A stretch of 64,000 nucleotides of DNA from NCBI GenBank assembly GCA_040285855.1, contig JAUFOQ010000005.1:930001-994000 (forward strand), in the 5' to 3' direction. This document shows, piece after piece, positions 38,895-50,560 of this stretch. Below the pieces are notes generated by a model. That model did no database searches. It worked only from the letters and a program-made list of their open reading frames with translations, and had not been told where the DNA came from. The stretch is from Eukaryota sp. GEM-RC1. Lineage: Eukaryota. Each line of letters begins with the position of its first letter. The stretch's first letter is position 1. The translations under genes and the position numbers were made by a program.

Positions 38895-40260
38895 ATCTAT
38901 AAAACACTAGTCACAGAAAATTCCTGACCATCAGTACCACAGTTTTTATACAACTTTGTGACAAATGATTTAATATAATTAGGCATCGATCGTAACAGAG
39001 ACTAAATCAAACAGTGGTTCTCAAAAGGAAACTATTCCATAAGATTGACACATACAATATAATTGATCCCTTACAGAATCGTGAACCTTACTTCTAAAAA
39101 CAAATAAAGCGGTTACAATTCAATAAATTTGTAGGTGTTGTAGATACGTCATATTGGCATTTCAAATTATCTGGAAGGTTATCAGGCCAAATTTATGACC
39201 AAGAGTTATCATCAAGAAAATGACCGCAAACTTGGGAGATTTGAGAAATCACACATGAAGGAGAGCTATTAGAAACATCCATTCAAAACTTTGCAAAAGC
39301 GTTATTTTTTCCTTGGTCACGCCAAGTCGAACATTAGAATCCAAGCTTTCAAAAAAAAAAGTTTATCGATGGAGGATACAAAAATACATATCATAATAAA
39401 AGCTATGAAACACTAGGCACAGAAAGTTCCTGATCAACAGTACCACAGTAGAAAACTTTTATAGAAACTCATATTCCAAATTTGTGTTTCAACCTTTTGC
39501 TGTTTCTCTTTTTGGATCTATTAGTCCTGCTGGTGATCAATTTTTCAAGGATTTCGAAGAATTGTGTAAAGAAAAGAAGCGTAAGTTTAGAATGGCTGAA
39601 TGGAAAAACCGTATAGTGTTTTCCATATATCGGAATATGCCTTTCTATTTCTCTAGATTAATTGAGAAATTGTACAAGTTTGGTGTGAAGGTTAATGTTG
39701 ATAAACGTAATCTTTTACCGGGTGGTGATGAAGTCGTTTGGATTTAATCTTAGTATTATTTGTTTGTTTTTACAATTTCATAGTTTGTAGGAAGGTTACC
39801 TTAGGGTGCCGAATAAACATCTCTCACAGTACCACAGTTCTAATACAACTTTGTGATAATTGATTTAAAGAACTTAGGCATCGAACGGAACAAAGAAAAA
39901 ATTAAACGGTTATGCCAAATTGATAAGTTAAATCTCTTATTCTGAGACTTACACATAGATCCAAAATCAGCTAAAAACTGAGAAGCCTTTTCACCAATAC
40001 TACCAAAAATTGAAATAGCAAATGAAACAAACACAAATTATGAATACAAATTTTGGTTGAGTTTCGCAACATCTTTGGAATACCGATCAATTTTACGTTT
40101 TTCGGCTGTTTCTGTGTGATTGAAACCTTTTGAATTTAAGCCGTTAACATAAGTTTGAGCACATGGATCTACTGTTGTAACATCAAGGATAATCTGACTA
40201 GAATCAATAAAAAGATCATGTAAGTCGCCTCGACGAGAATTATTTATTAAATCAAGAACC
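38895..40260. mobile_element. Stack of short RLE non-LTR retrotransposon fragments on both strands
   Basis: Three minus-strand 3' ends sharing CAGTACCACAG (~38932, ~39438, ~39827); a minus piece 39030-39350 similar to 49820-50170; plus ORF 39484..39747 and minus ORFs 39840..40337 with RRGD, DVTTVDP, AEKRK and FAISIFG motifs. Confidence 0.75.
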
Positions 40261-40863
40261 AGCTTACTAAACAAAGTTATACATGTAAGTAGTAACTCAG
40301 CATCGACCTTCATTACCCAATTGCATGGGAGAATCACTTTTAATCTAAAAGATCATGAATGGCTTGTTAACATGAGACTCATTCATTTGTTGTGTGGTTT
40401 TCTCCGCACATATACCCGCTTCTTCAAAATAAAATAAAGACTATTAAAACAAACTATGTAACGAACCACCCAATTACGAAAAGTAGTTATCACCAAACAA
40501 CATCTTCATATTTAGTGTTTTTCTTGTAGGCCACCCATAGCACACAGTGGAGAAAAACAGTCTACACCCAGCAGTCTAAACCCAACAGTATAGCCCAACT
40601 AACAGTCAGATTGCTTATTTGGGAAAATACAGTGTGAAAATTATAGAATCACAGATGATTGAAGATTGCTCATCATAACCCGTGCCAATTAAGTTGTAAA
40701 CGTACACTAGTCTCAGTGAGAGTGGAGATCTACCAGTCATTGACCAAAAATTGAAGGTTGTATATGGTCAGACAAAGAAGGAGAATCGAATTGGCAAGTT
40801 GGCAACCTAGAATCTAGAACCTAAACTCAACTCATCTTCCTCGTCCTCTAATAAACATCTAAT

Positions 40864-43191
40864 ATGGGAAGCTGCATATCTGTACCAGACAGAGTTGATA
40901 ATCCCCCGAAAGCTAAGTCATCGTGCCTCCATGAAGTTTATGGAAACAATCATTGTGTGTCCATGCCGACTTCTGCTGATGTTATTCAGATGGCCCCTCT
41001 TGATGTTTCTCCTAGACAGTTTGACATCTTTGCTTACATGAATGCTGAATGCCATCAATTCAACTGTGCACTTCCTGAGTTGACTTTTCGTCACCTTAAA
41101 AGTATTTTGGGGATCCAATTCAAACAATACCTGGACTTGTATACTGAAGATGATTTCCATCTTCAGGAAAATTGGCAGCTTACCACCTTGGTAGCACGCT
41201 ACCGATTGAATCACTTATCATCTAAGCAAAACCATCTCGATATATACTGTCGTGAATTAACAACCAGCCAATCATCGGCGCCCGCTGTTGCCACCGCTGT
41301 CTCCCGCAAAGCTTCCACACTTTCCGCCATCAAAGAAGCCTTCTACGATGTCAGTAACCAGTTAGGCTGCCCTCCCTCTGCTCTATGTGTATTCTACTCT
41401 TCTGTACATTCTTCTGATCTAATACAATCTACGATCACGTCTCTTGCCCCTGACATACCTTTCTACGGTTGCACCACCCACAGCACTGTCATCACTGAAA
41501 AGGGTGTAACCAAGGACATTTCTTCTGAAACCCCCGTCTTCTCCTTTCTAGCTATCCGCGATCCCAAAGGTTTCTACTTCTCCAAAGGTATTCCTCTCAC
41601 TGACCCCGACTCTCTCTCAGACCAAATCTCCCAGGTGTGTGATGAAGCAATGACTGAAGCAAAGAAACATGGAAATGATAATCTTCTCTCCGTGGCCTAT
41701 GCCGGCAAACCTGGTCACGAGAGCTGCATCATCTCCTCTCTTGAAACCTATTTCCCCAAAACTGTATCCATATTTGGTTGTGTTGCTTCATTTGACACTA
41801 GTACTACCAATGAGTGCTCAGTGGTTTCCTCTGCTCCAGAAGAAGAATGTTGGCTATCATTGCTCTTTATTTTCTCAAGTTGTCCTGCTGTTTCTCGTTT
41901 CACTTCAGGGTTTGCTCCAACAGCTACTAGTGGCATAATAACTAAAACTTCAAGTAATAGAACCATTGAGGAAATAGACAATGAAGCTGCAGCTGTAGTT
42001 TACTCTAAATGGGCACCAGGAACAATTAATGACCTGTTGACTTCTGAAGAAATCAACAGAAGGAAAAAGACTGATACAAAGGATCCTATTCTGACTCGAA
42101 CGACGCTGTTTCCATTAGGAATTCTCTCTGAAGAAAGTGACGAAGAAGAAGAGACATATCAACTGCTTGTTCCAGCGTATCTTACTAAATCATTGGGAAT
42201 TAGCCTGTTTGTTGACGTGGAAGAGGGTCAAGAACTCACGCTTATGGCAGGTACACGGAAGCAGATTCTTAGGAGGGTTATTGCTTTGAACCGTTTAATC
42301 CAGGGAAGTCTCTGCTCAATTCACGGAGGTTTGTTCCTTTGGTGCGCTGCTGTCCAAGGAGTTTTTGATGAAGAAGACTTTGAAAAGTTAGTTTTTCCCA
42401 GGATTAAAAGGATTTACAAGGATGCTCCTTTCTTGATGATGTTTCCTTATGGAGAAGTAGGTAAGTTGGGTTATTCTACTACTAACAAACATCTAAACCT
42501 CTCCTTTGGAACACTTTCCTTTGGAGTGTCTTGTCCATTGGCTCCTGCTGAGTCAAATGAGTCTCTCGCGATGTTGTTTTCGGATATACAGGACAGTACA
42601 AGACTGTGGGTTGATTATCCAGAGGAAATGAACAAAGTTTCAGCTTTACATGATTCTATTTGGTCAAAAGCTTTAGCAAATCCTTGTTTTAATGCGTATG
42701 CAGTTAAGACAGAAGGCGACTCATATTTTATTGTTTCTCCGGATGCCAAATCGTTGCTTTCCCTAGCGTTATACGTTCAGTTTCAGCTACTGTCAGCAGA
42801 TTATCCAGCTAATATTCTAAATGATCCTCTGTGTAAGGTAGTTTGTGATGAAAATGGAAAGATTTTATTTAGAGGTATAAGAATACGGTTTGGAATTAAT
42901 GTTGGATCTGCCTTTTCAATTCGTACTCATTCTGTTGAATCCTCAAGGAAAGATTTCTTTGGACCCTCTGTTAATCTTGCTTCCAGGATCTGCAACTCAG
43001 CAAAAGGAGGACAAATATTCATTGGAGATGAAGCTAGACAGGCTTGTGAAGATTATGATTTTGCACTGTTTGGTGGTGGATCTTTCAAGAATATTGGAGA
43101 ATTCTGTTTAAAAGGATTCCAATGTTTGACTCGAATCTATGAAGTTGGTTTAAATTGTTTCAATGATCGAACTTATGATTCCTTTGATTAA
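40864..43191 (+). CDS. FIST (NosP-like) domain / class III adenylate cyclase fusion, copy 2
   Basis: 775 aa; nearly identical to 34406..36733 from about residue 135 onward; N-terminus MGSCIS. Confidence 0.88.
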   Translation: MGSCISVPDRVDNPPKAKSSCLHEVYGNNHCVSMPTSADVIQMAPLDVSPRQFDIFAYMNAECHQFNCALPELTFRHLKSILGIQFKQYLDLYTEDDFHLQENWQLTTLVARYRLNHLSSKQNHLDIYCRELTTSQSSAPAVATAVSRKASTLSAIKEAFYDVSNQLGCPPSALCVFYSSVHSSDLIQSTITSLAPDIPFYGCTTHSTVITEKGVTKDISSETPVFSFLAIRDPKGFYFSKGIPLTDPDSLSDQISQVCDEAMTEAKKHGNDNLLSVAYAGKPGHESCIISSLETYFPKTVSIFGCVASFDTSTTNECSVVSSAPEEECWLSLLFIFSSCPAVSRFTSGFAPTATSGIITKTSSNRTIEEIDNEAAAVVYSKWAPGTINDLLTSEEINRRKKTDTKDPILTRTTLFPLGILSEESDEEEETYQLLVPAYLTKSLGISLFVDVEEGQELTLMAGTRKQILRRVIALNRLIQGSLCSIHGGLFLWCAAVQGVFDEEDFEKLVFPRIKRIYKDAPFLMMFPYGEVGKLGYSTTNKHLNLSFGTLSFGVSCPLAPAESNESLAMLFSDIQDSTRLWVDYPEEMNKVSALHDSIWSKALANPCFNAYAVKTEGDSYFIVSPDAKSLLSLALYVQFQLLSADYPANILNDPLCKVVCDENGKILFRGIRIRFGINVGSAFSIRTHSVESSRKDFFGPSVNLASRICNSAKGGQIFIGDEARQACEDYDFALFGGGSFKNIGEFCLKGFQCLTRIYEVGLNCFNDRTYDSFD

Positions 43192-43632
43192 GACTGATGA
43201 CCTGCATTTATTCAAAAAAATTGTACAGTACTTGTAGTTTGTTAGTTTGTATTGCATGTGTGTGTTTTTGAACGCTAACGAAGTTTTTATTTTGTATATA
43301 TATATATGAAAATGTTACATCGTATTATCTTTTGATGTGCTTTCTCATTGTGGAGGGTGAACAATAGGGTCAGTATCTGTATGTAAATTGAACATTGAGA
43401 CCCTACTAAACGGCCCTAATGGAAAGCCGAGGTTCATCTATTTGTTTATTAGCAACAAGGGATTACTACAACATCAATTTACTGTGATAATACTCTTATT
43501 GGAAAGGCGACACAGATTAAGATGTTGAACAAACTGTTTTGAATTATACAGAGAAAGTATTTTGTATGTAATATTAGAGAAAGTGACAACTATAACATAA
43601 TAACGCAAAATCTAGGTGTGGCTGTTGGAGAC

Positions 43633-44075
43633 TTAGTCTTGAGCAATCATCATTTCGACGTTAACACCAGAAACAATGTTAACACGGGTCTAACATTAGC
43701 AAATAAAACGACATACCAATTGTCTAACCATATCTGTGGAACTATAAAGGTCTATGACTCTCTTATGAATGCGCATCTGGAATCGATCCCATGTCTTGGA
43801 TCCTTCTCCACAAGGAGTTTTACGGGTGGTAATTCGGAGAACTTTAGTGGGCATACGGATTGGTCCACGGAAAGTTAAGCCCTTATCGCGAGCTCCGGTG
43901 ACGATGTCAGTGGAAACTGGTGGTTAGATGGTAAACAAGGCCAAACCTTTTTCAATGTCCTTGACATTGCGACCAGTGAGAGTGATTCTGATACGGTAGA
44001 TTTCGGACTGTTCAATACCTAGGATAAGCCATAGATAGGTGTAGGCTTACCTTTCTTTTCAGTAAGTGCACTCAT
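43633..44075 (-). CDS. RPS20: 40S ribosomal protein S20 (uS10)
   Basis: Introns 44019-44050, 43917-43946 and 43690-43716 give [18 protein letters not shown]...[40 protein letters not shown]. Missed by the ORF track. Confidence 0.95.
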
Positions 44076-44857
44076 ATTTGGTTGGAGGGAAAAAGGGGTT
44101 GTCCACAAATTTACTTCACCTGACGATCAACACACATCTTACATGTTCTTATCCTGTTAACACTGACCTAGACTGTGTTTCAGACTTCATCATGAAGATG
44201 GCTCTTTCACTTGTTTGATATCCGTTTTTTCTTTGAACCATGTTCTTCTTCTTTCCACTTATTCTTTGTATTGATCCTGCGAGGTTTGTCATATACGTTC
44301 TTTACCATCGATCTGGTCCGACTATTTTTCAGGCGAAGCCTTTGTTTCCTTTCTGGTTGAACTTGGAATTCAACATGCCTTCAGTTTCGCTCTGGAAGCA
44401 ATTGCTTCTTGTACTTCCGGTTTCTCTGTGGTGGGTCGTAAAGTTGATCCTTATAATCATTTATCTGATTTATTGGAATTTTGTTTGGTTGCTGAATATT
44501 TTACTAGAATTTTTGGTTTTTGCTATCCTGTTTGTTTGTTGTTGTGGCAGGGTGGACAGTTTTCAAGAAGATGATAGATACGGTTCTGCTTATGTTTAGT
44601 TGGATTTATCATATCACTTCTTGTGATCTCAGACACGACTTTTAATTAAATATGTACCATTGTATTTGAGATATAGATGTAGTCTCACGCTTATAAACAT
44701 GTTTGGTTAGTCTTTAGTTGTGCAACATTTGAGATACCTGGATTTGATATCCTACCTGCACAGGTTTCAATGCACTTATTCGTCATGCTTAATGATTTTT
44801 GCTATAAGACCACCAAAACCAAAACGTAAGATATGCCGAAATTCAGCAAAGAATTTG

Positions 44858-45445
44858 ATGCATTCCACAAACCCTTTATGTCTTTCTTCATCTTCTTCTG
44901 TTTCCACTCTGGGCTCCTTTGGAGGTGATCATTTCTTCCAATCATCGCCACTAGTTTTACATCCTTCGGTTTTAGTTGACACTTTATCTGTAATTGTTCT
45001 AAGCTATTGCTATCCTCGTGGAACCTCTCACAGTAGTCCTATTTTTCTATCGCTACTATTAAGAAAGTGGCCATGCTTCACAGCTACATACAAAGGTCGC
45101 CCTTTTCATTTACAATTACGAGATGAACTTAGTTTACTGACAAGTTCCTTGTTAGACCAAATGACGGTAAATATCAATCTACGCTTCGGTCCTTATATTG
45201 CACAATTCCCTTTGACAATTGACATAGATTTTGCTCCGTCCAGTACGTTCACACAACTATCTAGTCTCATTCAGTCCCTTTCTGTGGATGCTTTAAATGG
45301 AAGTCAAATGGTTGATGTTGGAGACTCTGTTGATTCTTCCTTTGAACTTCATATAGGAACTCAGATTCCTGAACACTGGCTTTCTAAATCAGATACGAAG
45401 ATATCGAATAAACCCCTCACTAGTCGGCCCCCGTCAATATTTTAA
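44858..45445 (+). CDS. Hypothetical protein
   Basis: Open frame 44720..45445 with ATG at 44858. Start uncertain and no motif recognised. Confidence 0.4.
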   Translation: MHSTNPLCLSSSSSVSTLGSFGGDHFFQSSPLVLHPSVLVDTLSVIVLSYCYPRGTSHSSPIFLSLLLRKWPCFTATYKGRPFHLQLRDELSLLTSSLLDQMTVNINLRFGPYIAQFPLTIDIDFAPSSTFTQLSSLIQSLSVDALNGSQMVDVGDSVDSSFELHIGTQIPEHWLSKSDTKISNKPLTSRPPSIF

Positions 45446-45572
45446 ATTTGTTTAACTCCATTGATTATAATGTTTTTGTTTGAACTGCATGTGTTAACAT
45501 TACATTGTTTAGTTCATCAAGCTGATTATAAATCAAGATATATTATTCAAATACGTGTAAATCACTAGAAGG

Positions 45573-46940
45573 TTAAACATCAATTGAACCCAAATGCCAA
45601 TCTTCTTGCTTTTGGTTTGGAGAGTAGTAAATGCTCCTTTTGCACTTCGGTTCTTTGCAGTACTCGATGGAGTGGCCGATTTTCTTGCAATAAGCACAAA
45701 CTTGCTGCACATCACCGACTGGAATATGCATCGGACCGGTGGATACACTAAGCAATTCGTTGGTTTTCAGTTCAGGAGATTCTTCTTCCATCTTAAATTC
45801 CTTGTACTGTTTGTGACATTCGGCAAAACTGGAATAAATTCGAAGAATCAAAAACACTGCAAGAGCTAATGCAACAATAAATCCAAGAGCTACCACAAAT
45901 CCCAGTAGGTTGGTAACGATGGAATAAGGAGCAACATCTGTGTCACAAAGCCGGTCAAAAATACAATCATCGAAATACTTACGACCCATCAATCCAATTC
46001 CTCTTCCAAAGTACTCGGATAACATAAAACCACCAAATAAATAGGTAATCAATAAGTATTGGATCCATGAGAATCTCGACATTCGCCGAATTTCTTCTTC
46101 TTCTTCTTCAAGTTTATACAACAATCGGAACCTGATACTATTCATGAGAACCAAAGCGGTCATGGCTATGGTAATTCCATGACGATCCTCAGTACCTCCC
46201 CAAATTGGAAGAGCTAACATGAACAAACCAAAGGTTTGTAAACCACAAATAAATCGATGAGCATATTTGTCGTTTTTCCACAAAATCGAAAATGGTAACA
46301 AACAAAAAGCAATAGGACTTTCTTCAAATTTGTCTGCAGTTGTTGCGTAGACTACGTTTGAATAATAAGTGAAAGGACTAATGAATACATGGAGCAGCAC
46401 CATACCACAAATTCCAAAGAAGATCGGTAGGAATTGTATGAAGTTCATTAAAAGGAAGATGGTCTGGATAATGATCCATGGTGACAGACTTTCCCATGCA
46501 ACGTGTTCGTAGATACCACAGAATCGATTTGGAACTTCCAAACATCTGGGAGATCCAAAGAATATATCATATTCGCCGATAACGAGAGAAACCGGAAAGG
46601 AAAAAATGTAGCCAATGAAATGGAAGAGAAGAATGATATAGTAGGGAGATAAAGCGATATACACCACACAGAATGACAAAATAGCAAGCACTCTAAGAGA
46701 TGCCGCCATATTGCGGAACATTTCTATGATCTTCTTCCTTCCATGGATAATAAGGAAATAGAGGAGGGACAACCCCCAAAACATCATAAAGTTCAAGAAC
46801 TTTGTGTCCTCATTTGTGAGCGAATAAAACGCTGCCACGATACCTCCTGTTCCAGCAAGGAGCAGGACCAAATGCAGGGGGAAAATGAAAGTTTTGTTAG
46901 TAGAGAAACATTGTTTGAAGAGAAACTTGAGAAACAACAT
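45573..46940 (-). CDS. Multi-pass membrane protein, tandem copy with a C-terminal CCHC zinc knuckle
   Basis: About 10 hydrophobic segments. Near-identical to 47280..48785 up to HIPVGDV, then CAYCKKIGHSIEYC. Confidence 0.75.
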   Translation of the reverse strand: MLFLKFLFKQCFSTNKTFIFPLHLVLLLAGTGGIVAAFYSLTNEDTKFLNFMMFWGLSLLYFLIIHGRKKIIEMFRNMAASLRVLAILSFCVVYIALSPYYIILLFHFIGYIFSFPVSLVIGEYDIFFGSPRCLEVPNRFCGIYEHVAWESLSPWIIIQTIFLLMNFIQFLPIFFGICGMVLLHVFISPFTYYSNVVYATTADKFEESPIAFCLLPFSILWKNDKYAHRFICGLQTFGLFMLALPIWGGTEDRHGITIAMTALVLMNSIRFRLLYKLEEEEEEIRRMSRFSWIQYLLITYLFGGFMLSEYFGRGIGLMGRKYFDDCIFDRLCDTDVAPYSIVTNLLGFVVALGFIVALALAVFLILRIYSSFAECHKQYKEFKMEEESPELKTNELLSVSTGPMHIPVGDVQQVCAYCKKIGHSIEYCKEPKCKRSIYYSPNQKQEDWHLGSIDV

Positions 46941-47279
46941 GAAAGTGATGAGACCACCGACTTGAGGAAGACAGAATCAATGAAAGAATGTGACCTTCTA
47001 AGATCAAATGAGCAAGTCAAGTGAAGTCAAGCTCATAATTACACTATAACTAACTAAGAATTGGGCCAAACAGAGAATCATTGGGTTTTGCCTCAGCCAC
47101 GACTAGAATCTGATCATGACTGAGACAATACTATCATTGATCTCACAACTGTATTTGGTAGTCAAAACTGTTTATAGTGGGACTATATGGACCTAATCTA
47201 TATAGAGGTTCACGTTATATGTAATAAACACACTGTGCATCTCAATAAAAAATAGTGGATTTTGATGAATATAACATTT

Positions 47280-48785
47280 TTAAACGTCGGGCGAGCCCAT
47301 TAAATCTTCAAGTGAACCGAAGTTCGCCATTTTGAGAGCACTATTAATCTCATCAAGGTCTTTCTTCGGTATCAATCCACTACTAACAGCAGTAGCTATG
47401 GTGTCCCAATCATGTACATTTGCGAGCGTCTCCAGGTTGAAAACGGTAGGTTGATCACTGGAACGACCATCTCGATTGCGACCACCATCCCCCATGTTTC
47501 TTTTCTTGTTCTTCTGTGGTATCTTCTCCTTCTTCATTGGAATTTCATGGCTCACATCACCGACTGGAATATGCATCGGACCGCTGGATACACTAAGCAA
47601 TTCGTTGGTTTTCAGTTCAGGAGATTCTTCTTCCATCTTAAATTCCTTGTACTGTTTGTGACATTCGGCAAAACTGGAATAAATTCGAAGAAGCAAAAAC
47701 ACTGCAAGAGCTAATGCAACAATGAATCCAAGAGCTACCACAAATCCCAGTAGGTTGGTAACGATGGAATAAGGAGCAACATCTGTGTCACAAAGCCGGT
47801 CAAAAATACAATCATCGAAATACTTACGACCCATCAATCCAATTCCTCTTCCAAAGTACTCGGATAACATAAAACCACCAAATAAATAGGTAATCAATAA
47901 GTATTGGATCCATGAGAATCTCGACATTCGCCGAATTTCTTCTTCTTCTTCTTCAAGTTTATACAACAATCGGAACCTGATACTATTCATGAGAACCAAA
48001 GCGGTCATGGCTATGGTAATTCCATGACGATCCTCAGTACCTCCCCAAATTGGAAGAGCTAACATGAACAAACCAAATGTTTGTAAACCACAAATAAATC
48101 GATGAGCATATTTGTCGTTTTTCCACAAAATCGAAAATGGTAACAAACAAAAAGCGATAGGACTTTCTTCAAATTTGTCTGCAGTTGTTTCGTAAACTAC
48201 GTTTGAATAATAAGTGAAAGGAGTAATGAATACATGGAGCAGCACCATACCACAAATTCCAAAGAAGATAGGCAGGAATTGTATAAAGTTCATCAAAAGG
48301 AAGATGGTCTGGACTATGATCATTGGTGACATACTTTCCCATGCAACGTGTTCGTAGATGCCACAGAATCGATTTGGAACTTCCAAACATCTGGGAGACC
48401 CAAAGAATATATCATATTCACGGACAACGAGAGAAACCGGGAAGGCCAAGATGTAGCCAATGAAATGGAAGAGAAGAATGATATAGTAGGGAGATAAAGC
48501 GATATACACCACACAGAACGATAAAACAGCAAGCACTCTTAGAGAAGCCGCCATATTGCGGAACATTTCTATGATCTTCTTCCTTCCATGGATGATAAGA
48601 AAATAGAGGAGGGACAACCCCCAAAACATCATAAAGTTCAAGAACTTTGTGTCCTCATTTGTGAGCGAATAAAACGCTGCCACGATACCTCCTGTTCCAG
48701 CAAGGAGCAGGACCAAATGCATTGGGAAGATGAAGGTCTTGTTAGTAGAGAAACATTGTTTGAAGAGAAACTTGAGAAATAACAT
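47280..48785 (-). CDS. Multi-pass membrane protein of unknown function, tandem copy
   Basis: 501-aa ORF with about 10 hydrophobic segments and a charged C-terminal tail; offset 1845 nt from its paralogue. Confidence 0.78.
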   Translation of the reverse strand: MLFLKFLFKQCFSTNKTFIFPMHLVLLLAGTGGIVAAFYSLTNEDTKFLNFMMFWGLSLLYFLIIHGRKKIIEMFRNMAASLRVLAVLSFCVVYIALSPYYIILLFHFIGYILAFPVSLVVREYDIFFGSPRCLEVPNRFCGIYEHVAWESMSPMIIVQTIFLLMNFIQFLPIFFGICGMVLLHVFITPFTYYSNVVYETTADKFEESPIAFCLLPFSILWKNDKYAHRFICGLQTFGLFMLALPIWGGTEDRHGITIAMTALVLMNSIRFRLLYKLEEEEEEIRRMSRFSWIQYLLITYLFGGFMLSEYFGRGIGLMGRKYFDDCIFDRLCDTDVAPYSIVTNLLGFVVALGFIVALALAVFLLLRIYSSFAECHKQYKEFKMEEESPELKTNELLSVSSGPMHIPVGDVSHEIPMKKEKIPQKNKKRNMGDGGRNRDGRSSDQPTVFNLETLANVHDWDTIATAVSSGLIPKKDLDEINSALKMANFGSLEDLMGSPDV

Positions 48786-49288
48786 GAATGTGATGAGACC
48801 ACCGACTTGAGAAAGACAGAATCAATGAAAGAATGACCTTCTAAGATGAGCAAGTCAAGTGAAGTCAAGCTCATAATTACACTATAACTAACTAAGAATT
48901 GGGCCAAACAGACAGGAGAATCATTGGGTTTTGCCTCGGTGACGACTAGAATCTGATCTGACTGAGACAATAATATCATTGATCTCACAACTTCATTAGG
49001 TCGTCAAAACTGTTTTTAGCGGGACTATATAGACCTCATCTAATCGGATCTAATCTCGAAAGCTCTTTTAGCTCTTAGTGTTTTTTATGAAGAAAATGCT
49101 TCTGCCAGTTTAGTGGCAATGAAGCAGTGGTGCGAAGAAATTAATTTAAATTAAATTATTAATTCTTCTAGTTGACGCCCTCAATTAATTAATTTTAATT
49201 CATATGGCCTACAATTAATTAATTTTAATATTCCTTTTTTCTTCAGTAATTACTTTTCATTGACAACAACACTGCAGTGTACCTACAT

Positions 49289-50560
49289 CTAATAATCAAT
49301 ATCCTCAAAGTCCAGATTGCCTATCTGGAAATTCTCACCAACCTTATCCTCATAATGTCTACCAAGAGATAATAAAGCGCTAGATACAGAAGTCACCATA
49401 CCTTTAAAGATAGCGAACACAATTCGACTTTTCCAAAATCTAAGATCAAAAGTGGTAGATGTTTTTTCTTTTACAATTTTCACAAAGATTTCAAGTAATG
49501 ATGTTGCAGATTCACCTTAAGAACCGTATAGTGGAAATACAAAAGGGTTCAACAAGTAATTCGAGTGTGGAGCCGAATTCAATAATTTCAATTTAGCACA
49601 ATTTTTTTCTTTTTTCTTTTTCACCAATCAACAGAGGGTTTCTAGCCTTATATATAGCAAGTTTCTTTTTGGAACCATTACAAACGTCGATAGACATAAC
49701 ATCAGCAATAATGAAACAACCATCGAGACCAGGAAATATGACTTCACCTCGGCTATTTCCAAACGATTTGTCAACATCAGTATCATCAACCAACCCAGCC
49801 AAAACTGGTTCTAAAAAGGAAACTATTCCATAAGATTTACACATACAATATAATTGATCCCTTACTGAATCATGAACCTTACTTCTAAAAGAAATAAAAC
49901 AAATACAATTCACTAAATGTGTAGGTGTTACACATTGCTCACATTGGCATTTCAAATTATGTGGAAGGTTATCAGGCCAACTAAATGACCGTAAAGGCAT
50001 GTTTAATGACCAAGAGTTATCATCAAGAAAAAGACCGTATACGTGAGGGATTTGAGGAATCAGACATGAAGAAGAGCTCTTAGAAACGTCCGTTAAGAAA
50101 TTTGCAAAAGCGGGATTTGTTTCCTTGGCCATTCCAAGTCGAACATTATAATCCAAGCTTTCAAAAATTTTTGTGAGTTTATGTTGTAATTTTTTCAGAC
50201 AGAACTGAAGATTAGTCAAACATCTTTCAGCTATTTCAGACACAGATTCTGGGAGACATTGAGACCAAACGTCAAAAGGTAATTTGATTAACGCTTCGTT
50301 TAAGACAAATAAATATTTACATGAATTGAGGTTAGTAAGTGAAATATCATTAGGAAATCGATCAACAAATTCAAACATGAAATTTTCATCCCCCTAAAAA
50401 AGCAGATTTGCAAAGAATTGAAGTTTTGGTAAAACCAATACCACCAAAATGAGCAGAAGTAAACAAATGACTTCTAAGTAACGTTGAATCAATTTCTAAC
50501 AATGAAGCAAAAAGTTAATCCTCAACTCATTAAAAGTTGTACAAAAGTTCAAAAATTCTC
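49289..50560 (-). mobile_element. 5'-truncated, decayed RLE non-LTR retrotransposon
   Basis: GGIG motif, CQC...HLVNC, HDSVRD, LEP, SRGE, ADVMSIDVC, GEKEK, FWKSRIVFAIF; stops and frameshifts present. Confidence 0.8.

Noticed and set aside
17507..43191. Bacterial contamination as the source of the HK, hemerythrin and FIST genes
   Set aside because: The HK and hemerythrin genes contain the host's typical introns, and all are interleaved with eukaryotic genes and transposons.
44240..44599. 119-aa hydrophobic ORF upstream of RPS20
   Set aside because: T-rich low-information sequence with no motif; no clean frame on the opposite strand either.
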